This document shows positions 9,226-18,975 of a DNA stretch of 50,805 bases, piece after piece. Within the stretch, counting starts at the first letter, position 1. Each line of letters begins with the position of its first letter. Location: NCBI GenBank assembly GCA_964547405.1, contig CAZJNY010000001.1:1-50805 (forward strand). The letters run 5' to 3'. The notes below the pieces were generated by a model. It was not told the origin of the DNA, made no database searches, and was given only the letters and a program-made list of their open reading frames with translations. Position numbers and translations under genes: made by a program. This stretch comes from an uncultured Flavihumibacter sp. Its GTDB lineage: Bacteria; Bacteroidota; Bacteroidia; Chitinophagales; Chitinophagaceae.

Positions 9226-10299
9226 TTGGAAACAGCAGATATTGATCAGGGCGGACTAATGCCCGACCGGATAATTCAGATAAACAATATACCCTATCTG
9301 TTTTTTAGTGGTACAGCCTATCTCTGCATGAACCATAATGCAGCCTTTACCCGTTTGATTGAAGAAGGCATGCAATTGTATGGCACCAATTATGGCAGTT
9401 CCCGTTCCGGAAACTTTCAATTGCCGGTTTATGAAAAAGCAGAACTGCAAATGGCCGCCAATTTTCAGGCAGAAGCTGCTCTGACAGTTTCCTCCGGTTA
9501 TATGGCGGCGCAACTGGTCATCCGTCATTTTGAAAACGATGCAGTATTTTCTTATGCACCGGATTGTCATCCTGCCTTGTTAAGATCTAAAAATGACTAT
9601 TATACCGGCCTATTTCAAGATTGGATAACTGGTTTATCCTCGTTCCTGGAAGAACATGCCGCCAGCCAGGTAGTACTTGTCTGTAATTCAGTTGATCCGC
9701 TTAAAGTCCAGCTATTCGACTTTTCCTGGATGGCAACTCTTCCTTCTCATCCGAACCTAACCTTAGTAGTGGATGATTCACATGGAGTTGGAATAACCGG
9801 AGAAAAAGGAGCAGGGATTTATTCAACAATTAGCAGCTATTCCCAGATTAACACGGTTGTGGTTTCCTCGCTGGGAAAAGCCCTGGGCCTGCCAGGGGGA
9901 ATGATCCTCGGAAGCCGGGATATGATCAAATCGTTTCGGAAGAGTCCCTATTTTACCGCAGCATCTCCGATGGCTCCGGCCTACCTGCATGCGTATTTGA
10001 AAGGGACTGAAATATATGCGTCAGAGAGAAACCAGCTCGCCAAAATCATTGAATTATTCAGTTCGCACCTGCCGTCCGATGCTGCTATTCACCTGGCAGC
10101 AGATTATCCTGTTGCCTATTGTAAAAACAATGAATTGGCTGAATTTCTTTATGAAAAAAAGATACTGATCAGCAGTTTTAACTACCCAACCCCAGAAGAT
10201 GAAAAAATAACCCGAATTATTTTAAACAGCCATCATACGGAGCCTGACATTGAAAAGCTGCTATCTGCCATTCAGGAATTTGTAACCGCTACCAGATAA
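9226..10299 (+). CDS. PLP-dependent class II aminotransferase fold, BioF/Kbl (alpha-oxoamine synthase)-like
   Basis: FSGTAYL, GTNYGSSR, SSGYMA, VDDSHGVG and the PLP-lysine motif SSLGKALG. Start is TTG 9226 or ATG 9259. Confidence 0.8.
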   Translation: METADIDQGGLMPDRIIQINNIPYLFFSGTAYLCMNHNAAFTRLIEEGMQLYGTNYGSSRSGNFQLPVYEKAELQMAANFQAEAALTVSSGYMAAQLVIRHFENDAVFSYAPDCHPALLRSKNDYYTGLFQDWITGLSSFLEEHAASQVVLVCNSVDPLKVQLFDFSWMATLPSHPNLTLVVDDSHGVGITGEKGAGIYSTISSYSQINTVVVSSLGKALGLPGGMILGSRDMIKSFRKSPYFTAASPMAPAYLHAYLKGTEIYASERNQLAKIIELFSSHLPSDAAIHLAADYPVAYCKNNELAEFLYEKKILISSFNYPTPEDEKITRIILNSHHTEPDIEKLLSAIQEFVTATR

Positions 10300-10321
10300 A
10301 TTAAGACTGCCGGTTACATGC

Positions 10322-11712
10322 TCAGGGTCTTTTTTCTTCCCGCAATAACCTCGATAAAGTTGCAACAATGCTGCCCGATTTTAAGGAATCATAGAGATTA
10401 TAAAACTCCCTGGGATCCTTTTTATGATCATATAATTCTGCACCTGCCCTCCCTTCATCCCATTCTGTATATCGCCATCTTTCCGTTCGAACAGACTTGC
10501 CGAAAATCGCTCCCCGTTTGATTTGGGTATAGGCAGGCCGACTCCATTTCTGACGGGGATTGCTGAGTAATGAAATAAAGGAATACCCTTCCAGGTGATC
10601 AGGCGCTGGCAATCCACAAAGGTTTGCCAGTGTTGGATATAATCCTACCAGTTCAACCGTTCGGTCGCAATGCACTGCTTTTTTAATTCCAGGTCCCGCT
10701 ATTAATAAGGGCACCCTGGCAACATCTTCAAACAAACTTTGTTTTAGCCACTGGCCATGTTCTCCGAGGTGATAGCCATGATCACTCCAGAATACAATGA
10801 TGGTTTTCTTTGTTAAATCCAATGCATCCAGCGCATCCAGCAACTTGCCAACCTGCTCATCCAGCATGGAAACAGCAGCATAATACGCCTGCATGGCTGT
10901 TTTGCGTTGGTCAGGTAATAACCCCCAATGGGCAGGTTTGGTAAACAAAGCGGCATCCGGAATATCAGCCCAATCATTGGGAATACTATCTGGTAATTGT
11001 AGTTGTTCCTTTGGATACAGATCGAAGAAAGAAGCGGGGGCAATGAAGGGAGTATGCGGGCGGAAAAAACCAACCGCCAGGAAAAAGGGTTTGTCTTTCA
11101 GCTGATAGAGCATTTTCACAGCTTCTTCAGCAATTTTTCCATCTGTTTGATCTGCTGCAGTTCCCTCCGCTTTTTGCCAGGCCAGGGCAGCACCTAAAGA
11201 ACGTTGCGGAGTTAGATTGGTAACCAGCTGTTCATCCGTTTTATCCCGGCCAATCGGATTGATTACCGTATCCCAGCTCATCGGATCATCCAATCCATCT
11301 GTACCTATCTGTGCAGGAACATGATAGTGATAAATCTTCCCAAGTCGTACACTGGTATACCCATTCTTTCTGAATAACTGAGGCAGTGTAACAATTGCCG
11401 GAAACCGGTCCCGGAAATGGGTGTCCAGATCATATATGGCAAGTGTTGAAGGACGCAATCCTGTCATGATGGATGCCCTGCTTGGATTACACAATGGATA
11501 TTGGTTATATGCAGCATTAAACTGTACCCCCCTTTTTGCCAGCCGGTCGAGATGGGGTGTTTTAACATAAGGATGACCGTAAGTGCCAAGATGATTGTTC
11601 AAATCATCCGCTGCAATGAAAACAACATTATATGGAGATTGGTCAGCCTGGGAATTAGCAGTAGTAAGAAAACTTAGACAAAAAAAGTCAGCCAGTATTT
11701 AATCTTCGGCAT
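10322..11712 (-). CDS. Cys-type sulfatase (iduronate-2-sulfatase/choline-sulfatase-like), interrupted by a 1-nt frameshift in the signal peptide region
   Basis: QYPLCNPSRASIMTG, GKIYH, RPHTP and WSDHGYHLGEH motifs. The N-terminal NVVFIAADDL lies upstream of the track start at 11602. It joins ATG 11712 only if the A7 run at 11680-11686 is A8. Confidence 0.88.
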
Positions 11713-12596
11713 CAATCCGGTTTTAACATGGGAAATAATCTTTTTATTTCTTCTTCAGTCGGTTGTGATCCATACTCACAAATTTCAAAAAATTCAGCAT
11801 AGCGAACAGTTCCGGATTTGGCTTTGCCATACCATCTTTCCAGTATAGCAAGTTGATCTGTAAAAAATTTCTGGGAATATCTTTTTGCCAGCCATTTTTT
11901 TCTATCAGCTGCACCTGCCGGAACATCGCTGAGGTAGCCGCCTATCCAGGGCAGCCATTCATAAAACTGCGACTGATGAGCATCCAGTGCATGAATTTTT
12001 TTTTCAAAAACTGCTGTAATATCAACGCCTATATCCGGACGAAAAGGATTGGGTCGCTTGAAATGATCCTGCGCATACAGAAAAACAGGATTCTTTTTCA
12101 GCGGCGGACAATCCGGAACAATATTGGGTACTCCTACCAGGTAGGCTGCATCCTGAACCAATACACCTGTATACCGATGATCCGGATGGTAGTCGTTAGG
12201 GCGGGGTGCAATCACGATATCAGCCTGCCAGTTGCGGATCTGACGAATTACCTCTTTCCTTGTTTTCAGATCCGGAACCAGTTCGCCATCATGATTATCA
12301 AGAATTTCATACTCAACACCAAATCGCTTGCCTGCTTCTCTGGCTTCAGCTGCTCTTCTTTTAGCCAGCATTCCACCTCCCTGCTCCTGGTGCCCGGCAT
12401 CTCCGTTCGTTAATGACAGAAATTTTACCGCATGACCCATTTGTGAAAATAAAATTGCTGTACCTCCAGCATCCAGGTCGCAATCGTCGGGATGTGCACC
12501 GATTACAATGATACGTAGTTGTGTGTTGCTGATGGACTGTCCATGAAGAAACGATCCGGAACCAAGAATTAACAGGAAGAAAATAAGTAGTCGCAT
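11712..12596 (-). CDS. PIG-L/LmbE-family (CE14-like) de-N-acetylase with signal peptide
   Basis: GAHPDD, LTNGDAG, RR.EA, DGEL, DYHPDH and AHQSQ motifs. Confidence 0.9.
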   Translation of the reverse strand: MRLLIFFLLILGSGSFLHGQSISNTQLRIIVIGAHPDDCDLDAGGTAILFSQMGHAVKFLSLTNGDAGHQEQGGGMLAKRRAAEAREAGKRFGVEYEILDNHDGELVPDLKTRKEVIRQIRNWQADIVIAPRPNDYHPDHRYTGVLVQDAAYLVGVPNIVPDCPPLKKNPVFLYAQDHFKRPNPFRPDIGVDITAVFEKKIHALDAHQSQFYEWLPWIGGYLSDVPAGAADRKKWLAKRYSQKFFTDQLAILERWYGKAKSGTVRYAEFFEICEYGSQPTEEEIKRLFPMLKPD

Positions 12597-12614
12597 ATGA
12601 GTAAATCAGGTTGT

Positions 12615-12660
12615 AAAAAAATATATTCAGCATCTGGCTAGTAGCCGGATGCTGAATATA
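12615..12660 (-). terminator. Intrinsic terminator/stem-loop downstream of susD
   Basis: Inverted repeat TATATTCAGCATCTGGCTA (12622-12640) / TAGCCGGATGCTGAATATA (12642-12660) with one mismatch, followed by U7 on the minus strand. Confidence 0.8.
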
Positions 12661-12674
12661 CTTAATCATGCTGA

Positions 12675-14195
12675 TCAATAAATCTCAGGAGGAAACTGTC
12701 CCTGCCTCGGGTGCAGATAAGGTAATCCTGGTTTTGCATCCCACCAGATTTTACTTGTCATCAGATCTCCGCCTTCCAATTTTGAAACCGCGGCACGAAC
12801 ATTGGTTTCATTCAGGGTATACTCCGATTGAGGATAGGTTCCTCTTCTTGGAATACGTCCATTGGTACTGCCGAGGTCACTTCCTGTCCATATTTCAGGA
12901 TAGCCGGTTCTGCGATATTCTGCCCAGGACTCAGCTCCCAGCCAGAAATTGGCCAGGTATTTTTGAATGATGATCTCTCTTAATTTTTCTTCTTCCGTAC
13001 CCACCAGTGTTCCATATTCACTTTCCAGGTAATCGGTAATATCAGCAGCGTCAACACTGTATTGTTGCATTGAAAGCTCAATGCCTTTTTCATACATCGC
13101 CTGTGCATTCTCTGCGCTTAAACCTGCCAGGGCAGCCTCCGCCCGAAGAAAATACACTTCTGCAGCGTTCATAACCGTAATGTCATAGACTGCTGTCCGG
13201 AAGAAATAATCCAGATAGGCCGTGCTTGCTTCTGAATAGGGTAATTTTTCTTCATTGAACAAACACATGGGTCTGCCTTTATAACCGGAAACACCATCAT
13301 TGGCAGGATCTGCATATTTCTCAAGGCGGGGATCATCCCTTTCCAGCAGATTTTGTGTTACTGTAAGTCCAACCCACAAAGGATAACCACTGGAATTTAC
13401 AAAACTGTTATACAGTGGATTTCTGTTGGTTACTTCAGCCCCATCAATTGTTCTGAGTTTGGCGGCCTGTGCATTGGTTTCAATCATTGGCTTTCCTGCG
13501 AGATCTGAAATATGCTGGGCAGCGAGTGCCTCATTCGCATATCGAACGCGAATGGCTAACCGAAGTCTTAGTGAATTCGCAAACCGAACCCATCTTTCAG
13601 CATTACCGTTGAACAGAATATCTGCTGCTCCAAAGGATGCAAGCGATGGCTCCGCGGTCAGTTGAGCAGCGGCTTCTTTAAGTTCCTTAAGCATATCAGT
13701 GTAGATGGATTCCTGTGAATCATACACCGGCTGGTTAATAACTTCATTCACATCCAGCAGGGCCTGGGAATAGGGAACATCTCCAAAAATATCCGTAAGC
13801 TGGTGAAACTGCCACACTTTCCAGATTCGGGCAACAGCCTGCTGATTTTTCAAAGCAGGATCATTACCGGTTAGCCGGATTACTTCTGCGATATTGATAA
13901 GGTCACCGGCATAGTTAAAGCTTCCACTCCAATCACGGGTTTGGAAAATTGTTCCAGATCCCTGGTTGGCATAATAGTTACTATACTCATTCAGTGATCC
14001 GGTATTATGGCTGGCAAAAATGGTATTCTTCAGCACAAAGGTGAAAATCATGGAAGGCTTGATAACTTCCTTGGTGATCAACACCGGGCTTGTATTAATC
14101 TCTTCAAAATCTTTTGTACAGCCGGCCACTGCAAGAGCTGATAAACAGGCCGCGAAGATTTTATTTTTATAATTTCTGAATTTCATACTTTCCAT
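12675..14195 (-). CDS. susD: SusD/RagB-family lipoprotein (SusD-like_2 type)
   Basis: Lipobox VAGC-TKDFEEIN, LTDIFGDVPYS.A, P.YDSQE.IY, W.RFANSLRLRLA and W.EYRRTGYP. Confidence 0.92.
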   Translation of the reverse strand: MESMKFRNYKNKIFAACLSALAVAGCTKDFEEINTSPVLITKEVIKPSMIFTFVLKNTIFASHNTGSLNEYSNYYANQGSGTIFQTRDWSGSFNYAGDLINIAEVIRLTGNDPALKNQQAVARIWKVWQFHQLTDIFGDVPYSQALLDVNEVINQPVYDSQESIYTDMLKELKEAAAQLTAEPSLASFGAADILFNGNAERWVRFANSLRLRLAIRVRYANEALAAQHISDLAGKPMIETNAQAAKLRTIDGAEVTNRNPLYNSFVNSSGYPLWVGLTVTQNLLERDDPRLEKYADPANDGVSGYKGRPMCLFNEEKLPYSEASTAYLDYFFRTAVYDITVMNAAEVYFLRAEAALAGLSAENAQAMYEKGIELSMQQYSVDAADITDYLESEYGTLVGTEEEKLREIIIQKYLANFWLGAESWAEYRRTGYPEIWTGSDLGSTNGRIPRRGTYPQSEYTLNETNVRAAVSKLEGGDLMTSKIWWDAKPGLPYLHPRQGQFPPEIY

Positions 14196-14203
14196 TTGAT
14201 GGG

Positions 14204-17200
14204 TTAAAACGTAAAGGATAAATTAATACCGATGCTCCGGGTTGTTGGGATGCCTTTGGCTTCATAGCCCTGGGCAGAGAGCGTTGTATTAAATGCCGAC
14301 TCCGGGCTCAAACCCATGGTCTTAAATTTCGCGTCCCGATAGAGATAGAAAATATTCCTTCCTATAACGGCAATACGAGTTCCTTTGAAAAAGGTTTTAT
14401 TCAGCAACCGGGATGCCCCGATATTATACCCGATGCTGGCTTCTCTGAGCGCTGCATAATCCGCATCGATAATGGCATCTGTTGCTATATCTCCCCAGGC
14501 ACTTCTTTCGGCGTAGTACTGTTGCGCCAGTAACACAATATTGCTGGGTGTATATTTTCCATCTGGTCCGAGGATCACTCCTTCAGCAATCAGGTTATCC
14601 CGCTTTTCTGTGAATTTGCCGGTACCTTTTGCACTTTGATCATCATAGGACTGAGAGAAAATCTGTCCGCCTTTTCTGAAATCAATCAATGCACTTAAAC
14701 TGAAACCTTTGTAGGTGAAGGTATTGGTCAATCCACCTAACCAGTCTGGTTGAATATTACCCAGTATGGTAAGTTCGGAAGCGCGCTGAAATTTACCCTG
14801 GTCGTTCAGCAGAATCCGGCCATCTTCTGTTCTGAGATAATCATAACCGATGATATTTCCGAATGGTTGTCCGGGTGTTGCCTGAATAGAAGCACGGGTA
14901 ATGGTAAACATCCGGTAGGTGGAAATTCCTTCCGTCAATTCGATTACTTTGGATTTGTTTTTGGAAAGGTTCAGCGTCATATCCCAGGAAAAATTCTTAT
15001 TTCGAACCGGGCTTCCGGTTAGTAAGATTTCCACTCCTTTGTTTTGTATCTCTCCTGCATTGATCATGCGGGAACCATACCCTGTTGCACTTGACAAACC
15101 AATATTGATGATCTGATTAAAAGTAGCGGCACTATAATAGGTCAGATCGATTCCCAGCCTGTTTTTAAAGAAGCGCAATTCGGTTCCGATTTCAAAACTG
15201 CGGGTTAACTCATTTTTGAGATCTGCCAGTGGAACGGTTGAATTGATGGCGGCATACGGCTGTCCGTTAAAATTCAGGTTCGATAAATTATATCCTCCAA
15301 GTGTTCTGTATGGATCTGCGTCGTTTCCTGCTTCAGCATAGGACAAGCGGAGTTTACCATAATCAAGTATGCCGGTATTAGTGCCCAGCATATCAGAGAA
15401 CACAAAACTGGTGCTGACAGAAGGGTAAAAGAAAGATTGATTTTTTAAACCAAGCGTGGAGGACCAGTCGTTTCTTCCGGTGAAGTCGAGGAAGAGGAAA
15501 TTCTTATAACCTATTTGTCCGGTAAAATAAACAGAGTTGATTACTTTCTCACTGATATTATGACGGGTGGCTTTTGCTTTGGAGTTATTGATATGATAGA
15601 GTCCGGGTATATTAAAACCCGTACCAGTAAAACCAACCTGTTCCATATTTCTGTTCAGGTTATTGGCACCCACAGAAAATGTTCCGCTGAATTTATCGGA
15701 AAGGTCTCCGCTTGCTGTTAACAGGAGGTCGCTGTTGGATTCTTTCACCCGGTATTGATCGTTATCGATGGTGCCGTCTATGCGTCCGGCTGTTCCGATA
15801 CCTGCCCGAACCATTCTGGTTTCAGTATAGAAGTCGGTTCCGGAACGGGCCTGTAATGTTAACCAGTCGGTAAATTTATACCGTGCCAGTACATAGCCGA
15901 TTACCCGGTCTCTTTTGTCATTACTGATTAATTCATTGAGCAGCCAGTAGGGGTTTTGCGGACTGCCATTTTTCCAGTTGATCTGTGTACCATTATCACG
16001 TTTGTAATCTTTCTGCCAATCCAGGTCAATAAACCTTGGGGTTGCCATCAGACTGGCAATTGGTGAACTTAAGGAGCCACCAACTTCCGGACGGTTTTTG
16101 CCGCTTTGACGGATATAATTAACCTTCGTTTCAACAGTCAATCGCTTGGATACATTTAAGGAAGCAAGCAGATTAATGCTTTGTCTGTTCAATGAATTGT
16201 TGGAGATAATTCCTTCATTTCTGGTATCTGCAACCGATAGACGATAAGTTCCTTTTTCATTACCACCTGAAACGGCAATGGTATTGGTAAAGGTTTTACC
16301 GGTTCTGAAGAAGTCCTTCCAGTTATCTTTCGGCTGTGCTGTGAAAGGAACCACACCGATTTCAGGCCAGGTATCAAAGGCGATCAGGCGACCATCCATG
16401 CGACCTCCCCAGTTGTCCACCAGCCAGGCGGGCCAACTATCATACTCCACCCCGTCAATAGTTTTTTTACTGAAAGAGGCATAATTATCATCGTATCCAC
16501 CTCCCCAGGTATTCTGGAACTGAGGCAGCACATTGGGTGATTCAAAAGTAGAGTTGGAAGTTATATCCACCCTTGCAGGACGACCGGATTTTCCTTTTTT
16601 AGAAGTAATCAGAATCACACCATTGGCACCACGAGCACCATATAGTGCGGCGGCGGCTGGTCCTTTCAAAACCGACATGGATTCAATATCATCGGGATTG
16701 ATATTGCCGATACCATCTCCAAAATCACGCTGGCCTCCGAAGGCACCGGGGGTATTGAGCGACTGGTTATCAATTGGTACTCCGTCGATAACATAAAGCG
16801 GTTGATTATTCCCCTGTAAAGAAGAAGCTCCCCGAATAACAACAAAACTGGAACCACCTGCACCACCCGCAGATGGGTTTATATGCACACCGGCAACTTT
16901 ACCTTTTAATGCATTGGCAACATTGAGGTCTTTATTCTCGGATAATTTGGATCCATCAATTGTTTGCATGGAATAACCAAGTGATTTTTTATTTCTTTCC
17001 ACACCAAGAGCCGTAACAACCACCTCAGATAATTCCTGGTTGCCGGCAGATAGGGTAATGGCCAGTTTCTGTCGGCCATTGATAGCGAGTTCCTGCTGCC
17101 GGTACCCTGTATAACTGATCACCAGTGTTCCATTGGCAGGCGCTTCCAGCGAAAAGCTTCCGTCTTCTCCGGAAACAACCCCCTGACTCGACCCTTTTAA

Positions 17201-17362
17201 AAAAATTGATACCCCGGAAAGCGGCTTTTGGTTCTCATCCAAAATAGTTCCGCTAACCCTTGCCGTTTGCCCAAAGGTGAGTCCCCCGGTTACAAACAAC
17301 AATACGATCAGTAGCAGGCTACTCATCCATTGATTTCGTTTCATTTGCAGTGAATTTGGCAT
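14204..17362 (-). CDS. susC: SusC/RagA TonB-dependent outer-membrane transporter
   Basis: EVVVTALG, NQPLYVIDGVP, INPDDIESMSVLKGPAAAALYGARGANGVILITSK, GRNDWSSTL and a C-terminal Phe. Confidence 0.96.
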   Translation of the reverse strand: MPNSLQMKRNQWMSSLLLIVLLFVTGGLTFGQTARVSGTILDENQKPLSGVSIFLKGSSQGVVSGEDGSFSLEAPANGTLVISYTGYRQQELAINGRQKLAITLSAGNQELSEVVVTALGVERNKKSLGYSMQTIDGSKLSENKDLNVANALKGKVAGVHINPSAGGAGGSSFVVIRGASSLQGNNQPLYVIDGVPIDNQSLNTPGAFGGQRDFGDGIGNINPDDIESMSVLKGPAAAALYGARGANGVILITSKKGKSGRPARVDITSNSTFESPNVLPQFQNTWGGGYDDNYASFSKKTIDGVEYDSWPAWLVDNWGGRMDGRLIAFDTWPEIGVVPFTAQPKDNWKDFFRTGKTFTNTIAVSGGNEKGTYRLSVADTRNEGIISNNSLNRQSINLLASLNVSKRLTVETKVNYIRQSGKNRPEVGGSLSSPIASLMATPRFIDLDWQKDYKRDNGTQINWKNGSPQNPYWLLNELISNDKRDRVIGYVLARYKFTDWLTLQARSGTDFYTETRMVRAGIGTAGRIDGTIDNDQYRVKESNSDLLLTASGDLSDKFSGTFSVGANNLNRNMEQVGFTGTGFNIPGLYHINNSKAKATRHNISEKVINSVYFTGQIGYKNFLFLDFTGRNDWSSTLGLKNQSFFYPSVSTSFVFSDMLGTNTGILDYGKLRLSYAEAGNDADPYRTLGGYNLSNLNFNGQPYAAINSTVPLADLKNELTRSFEIGTELRFFKNRLGIDLTYYSAATFNQIINIGLSSATGYGSRMINAGEIQNKGVEILLTGSPVRNKNFSWDMTLNLSKNKSKVIELTEGISTYRMFTITRASIQATPGQPFGNIIGYDYLRTEDGRILLNDQGKFQRASELTILGNIQPDWLGGLTNTFTYKGFSLSALIDFRKGGQIFSQSYDDQSAKGTGKFTEKRDNLIAEGVILGPDGKYTPSNIVLLAQQYYAERSAWGDIATDAIIDADYAALREASIGYNIGASRLLNKTFFKGTRIAVIGRNIFYLYRDAKFKTMGLSPESAFNTTLSAQGYEAKGIPTTRSIGINLSFTF

Positions 17363-17405
17363 GAATAAAAAAAGAAGGTTGTAAAAGATAATGTTCTCGT
17401 TATAT

Positions 17406-17510
17406 TTTCGTTTCCTTTCCTTAAAATTATGTTTAATTTATTATTTCCCCAAATATTTACCTTTTTTTTGGGGTTTTTATTTCCGAAACCTTTTGTTAGA
17501 GAAAGGAAAC
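17406..17510. promoter_or_regulatory. Candidate AgaR operators in the susC upstream region
   Basis: TTTCGTTTCCTTTCC at 17406-17420, TTTCCGAAAC at 17480-17489 and GAAAGGAAAC at 17501-17510 resemble the motifs in the agaR-agaS spacer. Confidence 0.5.
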
Positions 17511-17523
17511 AACAAGAAACAGG

Positions 17524-18975
17524 TTAAAAGGGGCCTGAATTGTTCAGGAAAGCTGCTTTTTGGCGGGAACCGGGCATTTCTCCCCGGGAATTTTGGGCAG
17601 GCAGCGGTTGAAGTGTTTCGGGATCATACCAATGCGATGTCAGAAAATCCGGACAATCATCCCCAGTTTTCCGGGACCAGCGCCTGAGGATTCTTTTTAA
17701 TTTCCTACCTGTATTAGTATAGGCAGGATCCATAAAGCGATTTGATACCTGGAGGGAATCTATCGATGTATCATATAATTCTTCAGCAGGCAGGGGGCTT
17801 GCGTAAAGAGTTGCCTGAACAGGGTTCAGGGAGTTTTTTGTAGCAGCTGTCCGGAGTGCCGTAACAGCCGGACTGTTTTTTACATCCAGCGGACCTTCCT
17901 GATTAAACTGCGGACGATTATTTACAATATATAAATACCGGTCTGTCCGAACCGCACGTGCATGCGCCTCAAAGTCGTGCCAGTTCTGCTCCAGAAAAAC
18001 ATATTTACGGAATGGCTTCTGTGGCTTGTTTAAAAGTCCGGCAAAACTCCGGCCCTGAAACTTCCTGGAAGCAGGAACTCCTGCAAATTCACAGATAGTC
18101 GGTGCCAAATCAATACTGCTGATTAAGGCATCAGAACGTTGCCCGGGTTTTGCAATACCAGCAGGCCAGTATAGTAGTAAAGGAGATTGTACGCCCCGAT
18201 CATATAACAATGTTTTACTTCCCGGAAAAGGACGACCATTATCCGTAATAAATAGTATCAGTGTATTTTCAGCAATTCCTTTTTCTTTCAAAACCGTCAT
18301 AAGTTGACCCAGGTACTGATCCAGCCGAAAGATTTCATTATGATAACTGGCAAGATCCTGCCGGGTACCGGGCTGATCAACCAGGTGTACCGGCACCTGC
18401 ACATCATCCGCAGTATACGGACTATCCAGTGCTTTATCCCAGGGCCGATGCGCATCATGTGCTGCCAGCCAAAGGAAAAAGGGACGGTCTGCAGGAGCAG
18501 CCTGCACCAACCAGTTCCACTGCTCCTCACCTCCTGCACCATTATTCTTCAACAACATCGTATCATAGGCTCTGGCAGTATTGGGACCTTCATGCCATTT
18601 CCCCGCAAGGGCAGTATAATAACCGGATTTTTTCAAGAGCTCCGGGAAATAATCCAGGTGAGCCGGAACCGGACTGTGTAATTCAGCCGCACCGGTATTA
18701 TGCGGATATCGCCCCGTGAGAATGCTCGCCCTGCTCGGACTGCAGGAACTTGCTGTAACAAAAAACCGGTTAAACTGCCGGCCCTTCAGCGCCAGGCTGT
18801 CCAGGTTTGGAGTAGGGGGAGCCTGTTTGTTATAACAGGAAAGATCATCCACACTGATATCATCTCCGATTATCAAAATTATATTGGGACGACTGGCCGC
18901 TTTTGTCTGGGCATGCAACGCAGTTATTGGGCATAATAACAACATCACCCATCCAATTAGTACCAATTTTTTCAT
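17524..18975 (-). CDS. Cys-type sulfatase (N-sulfoglucosamine sulfohydrolase-like)
   Basis: PNIILIIGDD, SSCSPSRASILTGRYPH, GKWH, HDAHRPW and TDNGRPFP.SKTLLYD, plus a signal peptide. Confidence 0.9.
   Translation of the reverse strand: MKKLVLIGWVMLLLCPITALHAQTKAASRPNIILIIGDDISVDDLSCYNKQAPPTPNLDSLALKGRQFNRFFVTASSCSPSRASILTGRYPHNTGAAELHSPVPAHLDYFPELLKKSGYYTALAGKWHEGPNTARAYDTMLLKNNGAGGEEQWNWLVQAAPADRPFFLWLAAHDAHRPWDKALDSPYTADDVQVPVHLVDQPGTRQDLASYHNEIFRLDQYLGQLMTVLKEKGIAENTLILFITDNGRPFPGSKTLLYDRGVQSPLLLYWPAGIAKPGQRSDALISSIDLAPTICEFAGVPASRKFQGRSFAGLLNKPQKPFRKYVFLEQNWHDFEAHARAVRTDRYLYIVNNRPQFNQEGPLDVKNSPAVTALRTAATKNSLNPVQATLYASPLPAEELYDTSIDSLQVSNRFMDPAYTNTGRKLKRILRRWSRKTGDDCPDFLTSHWYDPETLQPLPAQNSRGEMPGSRQKAAFLNNSGPF

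Noticed and set aside
9226-10299. Assigning bioF and a biotin operon
   Set aside because: The fold matches, but no other bio genes are nearby and specificity cannot be determined from motifs.
17391-17687. 98-aa Phe/Leu-rich plus-strand ORF
   Set aside because: Translation of an AT-rich promoter region plus the antisense of the sulfatase end. No recognisable features.
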